Positions 30,975 to 40,903 of a stretch of DNA of 64,000 bases are shown here, one piece after another. The DNA comes from an uncultured Pseudomonadales bacterium (lineage in GTDB: Bacteria > Patescibacteriota > Microgenomatia > UBA1400 > PJMF01). Below the pieces are notes generated by a model that did not search any database, was not told the origin of the DNA, and saw only the letters and a list, made by a program, of their open reading frames with translations. The stretch is taken from contig CAZNOF010000008.1 in NCBI GenBank assembly GCA_964574595.1, forward strand, positions 15-64,014, in the 5' to 3' direction. A program made the translations under genes and the position numbers. Numbering within the stretch: the stretch's first letter is position 1; the number at the start of each line of letters is the position of its first letter.

Positions 30975-31699
30975 TTATGGAATGCCTCAGTTGGGGGTAA
31001 ACCTTTTTTTATTTTAATTACTTTTCCAGTAACACTTTTGTCACCGTTACTGAGTGAAACTACTTCCTGAGCGATCTCCTCTGGTTCAATGGCATCTGGA
31101 ATATATTGAGGAAAGAACTTTGCGTAACTTTCAGTATTTGTATCAGATGGCGAAATACAGTTTACGTAGATCCCCTGTTCATTAAGGTCTTCAGCCAGCC
31201 CAACCGTAAAATCTTCTAGTGCCCTTTTTGCTACATAGTAAGGTAACCAACCCTTTGCTCCATCTTCAAAAGTCCCTGAGATGTTTACAATGTGAGAGTT
31301 CTGAGGCATTTTCTCGATTAATGCGTGGACGAGCAACATCGGTGCCACAATACCAACTTGGAGAGTCTCTGAGATGACATCATCGCGAAATTTGGCATAT
31401 TCTGTATTCGCATAGACTTCATTTTCTCCGTGCCAGATTCCAGCCACATTTACGATCAGGTCTACCGATGGATAATTCAGCCTGATCCCATTCGTTACAT
31501 TTTTAATAGCATCATTTGACAAAAGATCGACTAAAAAAATCGTTGACTGACCATGATTTTCATCTATGAGCTGCTTCGTTGCTTGAAGCTTGGATTCGTT
31601 TCGACCTAAAAGAAGCAGGTGATAATCGTGTTTAGCTAATTCAACGGCAATCGCTCTGCCTATTCCAGTACTCGCTCCAGTTACGATCGCAGTTTTCAT
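30971..31699 (-). CDS. short-chain dehydrogenase/reductase (classical SDR)
   Basis: MKTAIVTGASTGIGRAIA (TGxxxGxG) and YVAKRAL (YxxxK). ORF-track N-terminal extension trimmed to this Met, which gives a 4-bp overlap with the flippase gene. Confidence 0.75.
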   Translation of the reverse strand: MKTAIVTGASTGIGRAIAVELAKHDYHLLLLGRNESKLQATKQLIDENHGQSTIFLVDLLSNDAIKNVTNGIRLNYPSVDLIVNVAGIWHGENEVYANTEYAKFRDDVISETLQVGIVAPMLLVHALIEKMPQNSHIVNISGTFEDGAKGWLPYYVAKRALEDFTVGLAEDLNEQGIYVNCISPSDTNTESYAKFFPQYIPDAIEPEEIAQEVVSLSNGDKSVTGKVIKIKKGLPPTEAFHN

Positions 31700-33201
31700 C
31701 TCTTTCTCCGCAAACTTTTCAGTTCTTGAATCATTTTCTCTCTGCCAAAAAGTCCGAGTGAGGCAACATATGACAGTGAAGTTACGCCCATTCCAACGAC
31801 TAAGTAGATTAGACTTTGTGACCAAATAGGCATAAATAATAGTCCGACTGCGGTCATCACCATGGCTCCTAAAAATTGTCTCCAGATATTTCCGAAGACA
31901 TCAATTTTGACAATTTTATTGACGAAGTAGATCGGTAGGACAGATGTTAAGGAAATAATAAATGTGGCGATACCAACACCGTTGTATCCAAAGAGCCGAA
32001 TACAAATTGGCATCAGCACCCAAGTTAATATTAGCCAGAAGATCATTAACTTCAGCGTTGTGTTGATTTTGCCAATCGCGCTCAAGGTATTCGTCAGCGG
32101 TGTGGAGATGGCACCACCACCAATACTTAAAGTAAATAAAATAAATGACATGATTGCCGGCTGCCACTTCTCTAATTTAGGGATTAAGTGCGTCAGCGGA
32201 GTGATAAAAACACACATTCCTATCAAGAGTGGGAAAATAAAGAGTGAGATAAAAAAGAGTGTTTTTTCAATGGCTCGTTTCAACAAATGATGATCATTTT
32301 GCAAACGAGAGTAGGTTGGAAAGGTGATCGCAATCACGTTCTGAACGGTTAATGAATATGGAATTTGTGAGTTTGTTTGGGCAAATGAAATATAGCCAAA
32401 CTGTTTCAGTGGTAACCAAAACCCGAGTGCCAAGGTAGACAACTGATCTTTTACTCTAGCAAGCAGATCATTCAGTTGGAACTTGCTACCAGAACTAATG
32501 AGTTCCTTAATTGCGGCTTTATCCCAAGCCAAGCCGATTGACCAAGGCTGGAGATAGTAGATAGTCACAATTCCCACCACAGATCGAGCAAGAATGGCAT
32601 ACGTAAACGATCTGACTCCCATGCCTTCAAGAACACAGGCTACGAGTACTCCGTTATAAACAACTTGTTCAACGATTTGTGGAATCACAATCTTATTGAA
32701 GTTTAAATTTCGCTCCAACATGATTGAGGGAATTGTTTTGATAGATGCTAGTGGAAACGATAAACCCAATGCCAGCAAGACTAGCTCACCTTCAAACCCA
32801 ACTTTCGGCTCGATGACTCGACTCAAAGCAATGATAACGGTAATTCCGAAAATCGCCCAAGAAAGGAGCTGTTGAATCGTAAAAACCGTTCTGTACTCAA
32901 CCAGCTTTGGTGTAACCTTTTTTTGAATAAGTGTTGAAGCTAAACCGATGTCAGAAAAGAACGTCAAGATACCGGTGATTTGAGAGACTAAATTAAAAAT
33001 GGCAAACTCAGTCACTTGCAAATATAAAAGCAAAATGCTTTCTGCCACCAAACCAATTCCTAAGACAAAAATGGTTCTAATGAAGTAAGAAACAGCTCCC
33101 GAAATTGTCTTCTGCTTAATTGATTCCACATGCTCTGGTTCAAAAGAACCTAACATTTCAGTGGTCGGGACGATTAGTTCTTCGGTAGTACGTTTACTCA
33201 T
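31696..33201 (-). CDS. Wzx-like flippase / polysaccharide biosynthesis protein (MOP superfamily)
   Basis: 501 aa with about 14 TM helices; architecture typical of O-unit flippases. Confidence 0.55.
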   Translation of the reverse strand: MSKRTTEELIVPTTEMLGSFEPEHVESIKQKTISGAVSYFIRTIFVLGIGLVAESILLLYLQVTEFAIFNLVSQITGILTFFSDIGLASTLIQKKVTPKLVEYRTVFTIQQLLSWAIFGITVIIALSRVIEPKVGFEGELVLLALGLSFPLASIKTIPSIMLERNLNFNKIVIPQIVEQVVYNGVLVACVLEGMGVRSFTYAILARSVVGIVTIYYLQPWSIGLAWDKAAIKELISSGSKFQLNDLLARVKDQLSTLALGFWLPLKQFGYISFAQTNSQIPYSLTVQNVIAITFPTYSRLQNDHHLLKRAIEKTLFFISLFIFPLLIGMCVFITPLTHLIPKLEKWQPAIMSFILFTLSIGGGAISTPLTNTLSAIGKINTTLKLMIFWLILTWVLMPICIRLFGYNGVGIATFIISLTSVLPIYFVNKIVKIDVFGNIWRQFLGAMVMTAVGLLFMPIWSQSLIYLVVGMGVTSLSYVASLGLFGREKMIQELKSLRRKR

Positions 33202-34957
33202 ACAGCGGCTGTTCCTTTTTCATTTTTAAACGATTGGCAATCCAAAGACAGACAAACAGAATAGCACAGGCTAATGAAATTCGATCGCTGATTTGGCGAA
33301 TTGGAGTATCTAAGAATCGGGCAGTTACTAGATGTTCACCTTCAGGGATCTCAACTGAGATAGTACCTGTTTTCCCAATGAATTTTGGAGTCTCTTGATC
33401 ATCTACAAAGGTGCTCCACCCAGGATAATCCGCAATGGCAAAGTCGAGGGCAGTGTTTTTTGTAGCGATCACGTGGACGGTTTTTTCTTGCACTTTATTA
33501 ATGATCACTTCAACTTTCGCATCGTCAGGTGACCGAAATAAAATTTGACCAACCGGCACGGGTTCCAAATTCTCGGGCATCTGCTTTGGAATGTAGTCTG
33601 GCAAAATCGAACTCATATTTGTTCGAATCATCATGGCATCCGTGTAGTAAAACTCATCATTATTCTGTAAATAACCCACCGGTCTGAAGTATGAATAATT
33701 CGTCAAAATGATAAAGAACGACAAGAAGAAAACATAGAGATAACGCAAGAAACGTTGATGGATGTAGAGGGTGCCCATGCCAACTAAAAGCGCTAAAAAG
33801 AGAATCACAACAGATAACCATCTCCAAGGAAACTGCACGGTGACCATAAACGGCAATGCATCCCAAATGAATTTCGATTTTAAGAGGGTCATGAAAATAG
33901 CGACGCCCATTAGTACAACTGAAACTAACGGAAGAAACACAACCTCTTTTCTTTTAGAGAGTAACTCAACCCCCTTCTTTTTTAAGGCTGCAGCTTTCAG
34001 CCGGTTACTTAGTTCTTTCCCCAGCCAGATGAGCAACATTGCTAGGCCAAAGAGCTGTCCATACCCTAAGAAAAATGACAACCCATCATCTGGTCCCCAG
34101 ACTGAGCCACCGTATCCCCAATTCGGAACAAAGAACTGCCTAAAGTATAAGAAGTGATTGTTGTATGAGAAGTACCCTTGAAAAATTTGACCAACTTTGG
34201 TGAAACTGTTTTCTGTGAGCGCTGGAAAAAGATAGAATGCGGCGAGACCAATTCCAAACAAATACGTTAATCCAATCAGAATCAAAGAAACCATCTTGTT
34301 CAAATCAAACCATCCAGTCTTCATTTTCTTTGTGTAGTCGATAAACCAGTATGAGATTGCAAAAAGAACACTAATCGGAATGAAGATCAAGGTCGTAATA
34401 TTATGGCTGAGGAATAAGATACAAAGTCCAGCCAGAAGGTTCATCCAGCCATTCTGCTCTTTCTTAATAATTTGGACAATTCCCAACAAAATCCAAGGCA
34501 GAGCCATAATTCCCCAAGCCTCGCTAAGAGCGCCCCGGACATATAAGTTAACAGCTCGATATGGAGCCATGGTTAAAGCAACTGCAGATAATATTCCACC
34601 AGCTCTTCCAAATAATCTTGATCCCAAACGATACATACCAAGGAAAGTAAGAAAGGAACACAGTACAAATAACGTCTTTATTGCGGTAACTACGTTCATC
34701 CCAAGTAGGTACAAAATTGCACCCGTGTAGTAAGGAAGTGGGGCATAAAACTCAAACAACGGCATTCCAAAACCGTAACCAAAATTACTTGACCAACGAA
34801 CAGGGAAATCTCCATCCTTCAAGCTTCTGACAATCTCAATAATCCTAGCAGCGTGAACGTAGTCATGAGCTCTAAAGAAAGTGTTGTGAAATAACGGCAG
34901 ACTCACAGCAAGAACTGTGATGAAACAAAAAAACCAGATAGGAATCTTTTTAAACAT
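33194..34957 (-). CDS. polytopic membrane protein, paralog family B (putative GT-C glycosyltransferase)
   Basis: FFRAHDYVHAARIIEIVRSLKDGDFPVRWSSNFGYGFGMPLFEFYAPLPYY and C-terminal ADYPGWSTFVDD motif; 587 aa. Confidence 0.5.
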   Translation of the reverse strand: MFKKIPIWFFCFITVLAVSLPLFHNTFFRAHDYVHAARIIEIVRSLKDGDFPVRWSSNFGYGFGMPLFEFYAPLPYYTGAILYLLGMNVVTAIKTLFVLCSFLTFLGMYRLGSRLFGRAGGILSAVALTMAPYRAVNLYVRGALSEAWGIMALPWILLGIVQIIKKEQNGWMNLLAGLCILFLSHNITTLIFIPISVLFAISYWFIDYTKKMKTGWFDLNKMVSLILIGLTYLFGIGLAAFYLFPALTENSFTKVGQIFQGYFSYNNHFLYFRQFFVPNWGYGGSVWGPDDGLSFFLGYGQLFGLAMLLIWLGKELSNRLKAAALKKKGVELLSKRKEVVFLPLVSVVLMGVAIFMTLLKSKFIWDALPFMVTVQFPWRWLSVVILFLALLVGMGTLYIHQRFLRYLYVFFLSFFIILTNYSYFRPVGYLQNNDEFYYTDAMMIRTNMSSILPDYIPKQMPENLEPVPVGQILFRSPDDAKVEVIINKVQEKTVHVIATKNTALDFAIADYPGWSTFVDDQETPKFIGKTGTISVEIPEGEHLVTARFLDTPIRQISDRISLACAILFVCLWIANRLKMKKEQPLYE

Positions 34958-35045
34958 AGGTATGTGCAGTAATTGTAAAGCATATTGAGAAGTTATGGAG
35001 TAAGTAAATCAAGTTAATCAGCAAAAAATATGTCATAATAAAAAA

Positions 35046-36176
35046 ATGGCCAAACGCAAAGCAGCAAAATCTGTCAAGATACTTTTGCCACCAACTGAAC
35101 CAGTTCCAGGATTAGTCGCACTTTTCATACGATCGATGGCTTTATCTATTCTCTTTGCCTTCATTCTCATCACCTTTTCAGGTTTGCTCGTTCTTGGTTA
35201 TCTCTTGCACAAAAGTACCCAGTTCACAACTCCTGCTCAAGCAAGCTTAGTAGAGCTAGTTCAAATAGCTAAAACAGGCTGGCAAACTGTTCCGCAGCAA
35301 GATAAAGGACGAATTAACTTCCTGGTGTTAGGGAGTGATGAGTTGCCAAATCGAGATCACCAAACAGTCCTAACAGACACTATGTTGATTGCTTCACTGA
35401 ATCTGCAAAATGGTCAGGTTGGCCTCTACTCTTTTCCTAGAGACATCTGGATAACGACCTATCAAGAAAAAATCAATAAGTTATACGAATCAGGTAAGCA
35501 GCTCACACCTAGCAAACCTGAGCAACTACCTACTAAAGTAGTTGAGGATCTTTCAGGAATTCCGATTCACCACACAGTGATTATGAAATTAGATACCCTG
35601 TCAAAGTTGGTGGATTTAGTTGGTGGAGTTGATGTGATTGTGAAGGAAAGTTTTACAGACCCACTGTTTCCGAGAAGTGATGTAGACGTCACAGTAGTTC
35701 ACGATCCCAAGCTGCTTTATGAGACCGTCTCATTTGCTTCTGGATCTGCCCATATGAGTGGAAGCGAGGTGCTGAAGTATGTCCGAAGCCGTCATGCCGT
35801 GGGTGAACAAGGTTCAGACAATGCCCGAGGCAGCAGACAGCAGGACGTCATTCTGGCGCTCGTCCAGAAGTTAAAAGATCAAACGTTTTGGTACGACTTG
35901 CATCGTGATGGCCTCATCTATCACTTTTATATGACTGAGTTCAATCAATATTTGCCAGTGACCGAAGCAATCGGAATTGGCAAATTATTACGACCACATT
36001 TGAGCGGGATCAGCTTCTCTGAAGGGACACCTGGAGTCTACCCGACAGACCAACAAGGCACGATTTATCACCCAGAAGGTAGTGCTGCCAAGTATTTTGG
36101 GGCTTGGGTATACGAAATCAAAGATCAACAAAAGTTTAAGGATGCTATCAGAACTTCATTAGGATATGGTCAATAA
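35046..36176 (+). CDS. LytR-CpsA-Psr (LCP) family cell-envelope polymer ligase
   Basis: N-terminal TM anchor, then NFLVLGSDELPNRDHQTVLTDTMLIASLN...YSFPRDIWI, typical of the LCP domain. Confidence 0.75.
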   Translation: MAKRKAAKSVKILLPPTEPVPGLVALFIRSMALSILFAFILITFSGLLVLGYLLHKSTQFTTPAQASLVELVQIAKTGWQTVPQQDKGRINFLVLGSDELPNRDHQTVLTDTMLIASLNLQNGQVGLYSFPRDIWITTYQEKINKLYESGKQLTPSKPEQLPTKVVEDLSGIPIHHTVIMKLDTLSKLVDLVGGVDVIVKESFTDPLFPRSDVDVTVVHDPKLLYETVSFASGSAHMSGSEVLKYVRSRHAVGEQGSDNARGSRQQDVILALVQKLKDQTFWYDLHRDGLIYHFYMTEFNQYLPVTEAIGIGKLLRPHLSGISFSEGTPGVYPTDQQGTIYHPEGSAAKYFGAWVYEIKDQQKFKDAIRTSLGYGQ

Positions 36177-36209
36177 ACTTGCCTTTCTGATGATTTCTTC
36201 ATACAATCA

Positions 36210-36431
36210 GTGCAGATGTCATATCACCTGCCAGATTTAAAATTGCCCACTCAAAAACAATTACTACAAATTGCCGTTTTCACCATCGTAGTATTGGCAC
36301 TTTTGCTCGGCTACTATGCCACCACTTATCAATCGCTAATTCAACGGTATGATAGAAAAGAAAAAGATTTTAAACGACTGCAACGATATATAGGTACAGA
36401 TAAATCATTAGAGATCTTAAAGAAAGAGTAA
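36210..36431 (+). CDS. small single-TM membrane protein, unknown function
   Basis: 73-aa ORF with IAVFTIVVLALLLGYY helix. Ends 1 nt before rfbB. Confidence 0.4.
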   Translation: MQMSYHLPDLKLPTQKQLLQIAVFTIVVLALLLGYYATTYQSLIQRYDRKEKDFKRLQRYIGTDKSLEILKKE

Positions 36432-36432
36432 T

Positions 36433-37449
36433 ATGTCAAAATTGCTTGTGACCGGAGGCGCCGGTTTTATTGGATCAAACTTTGTTCACTATTGGTTGAA
36501 AAATCATCCTGAGGATCAAGTAGTGAATTTCGACAAATTAACTTACGCCGGAAATCTAGAAAACCTTCGCGATATTGAGACCAATCCGCAATATTCGTTT
36601 ATCAAAGGTGACATTACTGATCCAGCTGCCGTAGACGCTGCTATGGTTGGAATTGATATGGTGGTTCACTTTGCCGCGGAAACCCATGTTGATAGATCCA
36701 TCTTAGGACCAGGTGTCTTCCTACAAACAAATGTGATCGGCACACAAGTTTTACTTGATGCAGCTCTCAAATATAAAGTGAAACGATTCCATCACATATC
36801 TACTGATGAAGTCTTCGGCTCCCTCGAGCTTGGCTCCGCAAGTAAGTTTACTGAGCACACGCCCTACGACCCACGAAGTCCTTACTCAGCTAGTAAAGCC
36901 GGTTCCGATCATCTCGTCAGAGCTTATGGCGAAACCTTTAGCCTTCCATTTACCATTACCAACTGCTCGAACAACTATGGCGAGTTCATGTTTCCAGAAA
37001 AATTATTTGCCTTAGCTATCACCAACATTATTGAAGGCAAAAATGTACCAGTTTATGGAGACGGATTAAATGTCCGAGACTGGTTGTATGTTCAAGATCA
37101 CTGTTCCGCAATTGAAGCTGTTTTATTAAATGGCAAAGTTGGTGAGACATACACTGTTGGCGGCTTAGTCAAAGACTACAGTAACTTGGAAGTAGTTAAG
37201 CTGATGTTGAAATTAATGGGCAAATCAGAAGAAATGATTGAGTTTGTAAAGGATAGAGCTGGCCACGATCGTCGTTACGCTGTAGACTGGACAAAGATAA
37301 ATCAAGAACTCAATTGGTCCCCTTCTGTTACATTAGAAGAAGGTCTGCAAAAAACAATTGAATGGTATCAAACTCATGAGGCCTGGTGGAGACCTCTAAA
37401 AGAAAATGCTAAAGACTTTTTTAAACAAAATTACCAAAAGAACAGTTAA
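36433..37449 (+). CDS. rfbB: dTDP-glucose 4,6-dehydratase
   Basis: LLVTGGAGFIGSNFVHYWL, YSASKAGSDHLVRAY (YxxxK), TNCSNNYGEFMFPEKL; 338 aa. Confidence 0.9.
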   Translation: MSKLLVTGGAGFIGSNFVHYWLKNHPEDQVVNFDKLTYAGNLENLRDIETNPQYSFIKGDITDPAAVDAAMVGIDMVVHFAAETHVDRSILGPGVFLQTNVIGTQVLLDAALKYKVKRFHHISTDEVFGSLELGSASKFTEHTPYDPRSPYSASKAGSDHLVRAYGETFSLPFTITNCSNNYGEFMFPEKLFALAITNIIEGKNVPVYGDGLNVRDWLYVQDHCSAIEAVLLNGKVGETYTVGGLVKDYSNLEVVKLMLKLMGKSEEMIEFVKDRAGHDRRYAVDWTKINQELNWSPSVTLEEGLQKTIEWYQTHEAWWRPLKENAKDFFKQNYQKNS

Positions 37450-37456
37450 GGACACT

Positions 37457-37990
37457 ATGCAAGTTCATCAGTCATACACGGAAAAAGTAAGTACTCAGTC
37501 ATACAAATCTGTTCCCAAAATTGAAGGTGTTGAACTCGTTAATTTACCTTGGCATAGTGATGATGGTGGCAACTTCACTGAAATTTTCAGACTTTCATCT
37601 GGAAGTATTCAAGGCTTGAGTGAACCATTTGAAACGAAACAGGTCAGTATGTCTTTGTTAGTCCCTGGGACCGTCAAAGCATATCACTTGCATTACAAGC
37701 AAGATGATTTATGGTACGTACCTCCATTTCAACGACTCCTCGTCAATTTACACGATGTCCGCGAAGGTTCTCCAACTTTTGATCAGCATCAAAAACTCCT
37801 ATTGGGTGGAGGCAAAAACGTTCTTTTGAGAATTCCTCGTGGTGTTGCTCACGGTATTGCCAATATTTATCAACACGACATGATGATGTTTTATGCGACT
37901 ACAGAACAGTTTAATCCAGATGAACCAGATGAACATCGTTTGCCATGGGATATCTTTGGTACCGAGGTCTGGGAATTAAACAAAGGATAA
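37457..37990 (+). CDS. rfbC: dTDP-4-dehydrorhamnose 3,5-epimerase (cupin)
   Basis: About 177 aa after trimming the overlapping N-terminal extension. KAYHLHYKQDDLWYVPPF...GVAHGIANI resembles RmlC. Sits directly between rfbB and rfbD. Confidence 0.7.
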   Translation: MQVHQSYTEKVSTQSYKSVPKIEGVELVNLPWHSDDGGNFTEIFRLSSGSIQGLSEPFETKQVSMSLLVPGTVKAYHLHYKQDDLWYVPPFQRLLVNLHDVREGSPTFDQHQKLLLGGGKNVLLRIPRGVAHGIANIYQHDMMMFYATTEQFNPDEPDEHRLPWDIFGTEVWELNKG

Positions 37991-37991
37991 T

Positions 37992-38861
37992 ATGACTGTC
38001 ATTGGCACCGGCTTAAATGGTTTAGTCGGCTCAAAGCTGGTTCAAACCTTTCATAAGCAGTACGCCTTCTTAAATATTGATCGCCTCGATGAGAAAACAC
38101 CTATCGACATTACTAAACTTGATCAAGTAACCGAATTTATCGGTAAATCTGATGCGGAATGCATCGTTCACTTTGCCGCGTTCACAGATGTCACAAAAGC
38201 TTGGGAGCAAAAAGGTGATCTAAATGGTCCAGCCTATCAAGTAAATGTAATTGGAACGCGAAACATTGTTGCTGCCGCAAATGCCTCAAATAAACACGTG
38301 ATTCATATCTCCACAGCCTATGTGTTCGATGGCAATAATCCGGAAATGTATACAGAAGAAGACGTTGTCCATCCAATCGAATGGTATGGGGAAACCAAAG
38401 CAATGGCAGAAGATGAAGTAACAAACAAAGCAAAAAGTTGGACTATCTTGCGCATTGATCAGCCATTCCGTTCTGATCCATTTCCAAAAGTCGATCTAGC
38501 GCATCGGATTTTATCGGGACTCCAAAACGACACGCTCTACCCTCAGTTTTCCGATCACTTTATTGGCCCAACATTTATCGATGATTTTGTAAGAGTGATT
38601 GAATGGGTCATCAGAACGAAAAACACTGGCTTGTTTCACGCTTCATCTGGAGAAAAATGGTCAGACTTTGCCTTTGCCAATTTGCTGAATGAACAACTGC
38701 ACCTCGGCAAAACCGTTAAAGAAGGTCATTTGGCTGAGTACCTGAAGACATTGAGTAGACCGTATCAAAAAAATACAGCTCTAGATTGCACGAAATTACG
38801 GTCTAAACTTGATTTTGATTTGAGCACCATTCAACAAGCCGTTTCCAAGCTTCAACAGTAA
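37992..38861 (+). CDS. rfbD: dTDP-4-dehydrorhamnose reductase
   Basis: 289-aa SDR-like protein with IGTGLNGLVGSKL and a YGETKA (YxxxK) motif. Follows rfbC by 1 nt. Confidence 0.7.
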   Translation: MTVIGTGLNGLVGSKLVQTFHKQYAFLNIDRLDEKTPIDITKLDQVTEFIGKSDAECIVHFAAFTDVTKAWEQKGDLNGPAYQVNVIGTRNIVAAANASNKHVIHISTAYVFDGNNPEMYTEEDVVHPIEWYGETKAMAEDEVTNKAKSWTILRIDQPFRSDPFPKVDLAHRILSGLQNDTLYPQFSDHFIGPTFIDDFVRVIEWVIRTKNTGLFHASSGEKWSDFAFANLLNEQLHLGKTVKEGHLAEYLKTLSRPYQKNTALDCTKLRSKLDFDLSTIQQAVSKLQQ

Positions 38862-38872
38862 GGATCAATAAA

Positions 38873-39523
38873 TTATTGAACCCGCTGTTTTTCTCGCCAA
38901 GCTTCAATTTCTTTATGGTTTCCGTTGAGTAGTACTTCTGGAACTTTCCAACCGTTAAATTCTTCTGGTCTTGAGTATTGCGGAAAACCCATTTGACCGG
39001 GTACCGAGTGTGATTCATTCTGATTACTTGATTCATTTCCAAGCACTCCATCAATTAATCTGCTGACCGCATCTGTAATAACTGCGGCGGCGGGTTCTCC
39101 TCCAGTCAAAACGTAATCGCCAATGCGAATTTCTTCATCAACCAGATGCTCAGCGACTCGTTCATCTACTCCTTCATAATGACCACAAATGATCACTAAG
39201 TCCTCCAAAACAGCATATTCCTTTGCAACTTGCTGAGTGAACAATCTTCCTTTTGCCGAAGTCAGTAGAACTTTGGTTGAAGTTTCAGAACAGTTTTTTC
39301 TGGTGGCGGCTAATGCACCTGCAATTGGTTCAATTTTCATCACCATCCCCGGGCCACCGCCATAGGGGCGGTCGTCTGCAGTTTGGTGTTTATCTGTCGC
39401 AAAGTTTCGGATATTTACCACATCAAAGGTAACTAATTCCTTCTCTTGGGCTCTTTTGAGCATGGAACTGCCCAGTATATTCTCAAAATACTCGGGGAAA
39501 AGCGTCAGCAAATGAATTGTCAT
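38873..39523 (-). CDS. trmD: tRNA (guanine37-N1)-methyltransferase
   Basis: MTIHLLTLFPEYFENILGSSMLKRAQEK...GGGPGMVMKIEP...GDYVLTGGE are canonical TrmD motifs. Confidence 0.9.
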   Translation of the reverse strand: MTIHLLTLFPEYFENILGSSMLKRAQEKELVTFDVVNIRNFATDKHQTADDRPYGGGPGMVMKIEPIAGALAATRKNCSETSTKVLLTSAKGRLFTQQVAKEYAVLEDLVIICGHYEGVDERVAEHLVDEEIRIGDYVLTGGEPAAAVITDAVSRLIDGVLGNESSNQNESHSVPGQMGFPQYSRPEEFNGWKVPEVLLNGNHKEIEAWREKQRVQ

Positions 39524-39573
39524 AGCTGAATTATACTCGAAATATCATTTGTCGCCTGTTATACTCATCGAAT

Positions 39574-40899
39574 ATGAACATCTGTATCATCGGAACAGGA
39601 TTTGTCGGTGTTGTTTCAGCCGCAGTCTACGCCTCTTTTGGAAACAAAGTCATTGGTCTCGACATAGACCCACAAAAAATCGAAAAATTAAAACATGGTG
39701 AAGTCCCCTTTTTTGAACCGGGTCTGACCGAACTTCTCCTAGAGCAGCAAAAAACTGGGAATCTCCACTTTACGACTGATTACAAAGAAGCCATTTCTGA
39801 TTCAGAAATTATTTTTGTGGCCGTTGGAACTCCATCTGCACCTTCTGGAGAAGCCGATCTCAAGTACGTCTTCATGACTGCCGATTCCATGGCGCCTCAT
39901 TTAAAAGATCAAAGCATTATCGTTATTAAATCAACAGTGCCACCGGGTACTTTGACAGCCTACGCCGAAAGAATCAAAGCCAAGACAACGGTCCCATTCT
40001 TTATGGCCTCTGTTCCAGAGTTTTTGCGTGAAGGCACGGCAGTTAACGATACCCTCCATCCAGACAGAGTAGTCATTGGTGCAAATGAGCCTGAAGTTGC
40101 AGCTAAACTAACTGCGTTACACGAGCCACTCCAAACAGAAATTTTGGTGATGTCACCAGAATCCGCCCAGATGGCCAAGTACTCTGCTAATGCCTACTTA
40201 GCCACTAGAATTACCTTCATTAATCAAATTGCCGACTTATGCGAGAAAAACGGGGCTGATGTTCAAGAAGTTATTGAAGCAATTGGCTTCGACAAGCGAA
40301 TCGGACCCCAATACTGGTACCCAGGAATGGGATATGGCGGCTCCTGCTTCCCTAAGGACGTTAAAGAACTAGCTGCCTACTCAAAGTCCGTTGGTGAAAC
40401 CAGCAATTTACTTATCAAGATCAATGAAATTAACGAGAACCGAATTGAAAAGTTATTGAATCAATATGAAAGTGCTGTAGGCGGATGGTCAGGTAAGAAA
40501 GTCGCTGTATTAGGTCTTTCATTTAAGCCAAATACCAACGATATGCGCGAAGCACCAAGCGTGAAAGTTGTTCCACTGTTGCTGAGTAAAGGTGCCAACG
40601 TAGCTGGCTTTGACCCTAAAGCCGAGTGGCCAGCCAATGGTGATGTAGCCTTTTATACGGCCAGCCCTATCACTGCTGCCGCTGCGTCGAGAGCAAGTTT
40701 TACTCAAACCCAAACTATTGATGAGACGATTAAAGATGCAGACGTGATTATTGTCTTAATCGAGTGGCCAGAAATAACTTCATTCGATTTTGCTGCTTCA
40801 AAAGCAACCAAACCTCAGTGGTTTATTGACACTCGAGATCAATTCGAACCAAAACAGATTGAATCTGCAGGCTACACATATATTGGAGTTGGGAGATAA
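39574..40899 (+). CDS. ugd: UDP-glucose 6-dehydrogenase
   Basis: MNICIIGTGFVGVVSAAVYA, GGSCFPKD catalytic cysteine motif; 441 aa. Confidence 0.9.
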   Translation: MNICIIGTGFVGVVSAAVYASFGNKVIGLDIDPQKIEKLKHGEVPFFEPGLTELLLEQQKTGNLHFTTDYKEAISDSEIIFVAVGTPSAPSGEADLKYVFMTADSMAPHLKDQSIIVIKSTVPPGTLTAYAERIKAKTTVPFFMASVPEFLREGTAVNDTLHPDRVVIGANEPEVAAKLTALHEPLQTEILVMSPESAQMAKYSANAYLATRITFINQIADLCEKNGADVQEVIEAIGFDKRIGPQYWYPGMGYGGSCFPKDVKELAAYSKSVGETSNLLIKINEINENRIEKLLNQYESAVGGWSGKKVAVLGLSFKPNTNDMREAPSVKVVPLLLSKGANVAGFDPKAEWPANGDVAFYTASPITAAAASRASFTQTQTIDETIKDADVIIVLIEWPEITSFDFAASKATKPQWFIDTRDQFEPKQIESAGYTYIGVGR

Positions 40900-40903
40900 C
40901 AAC

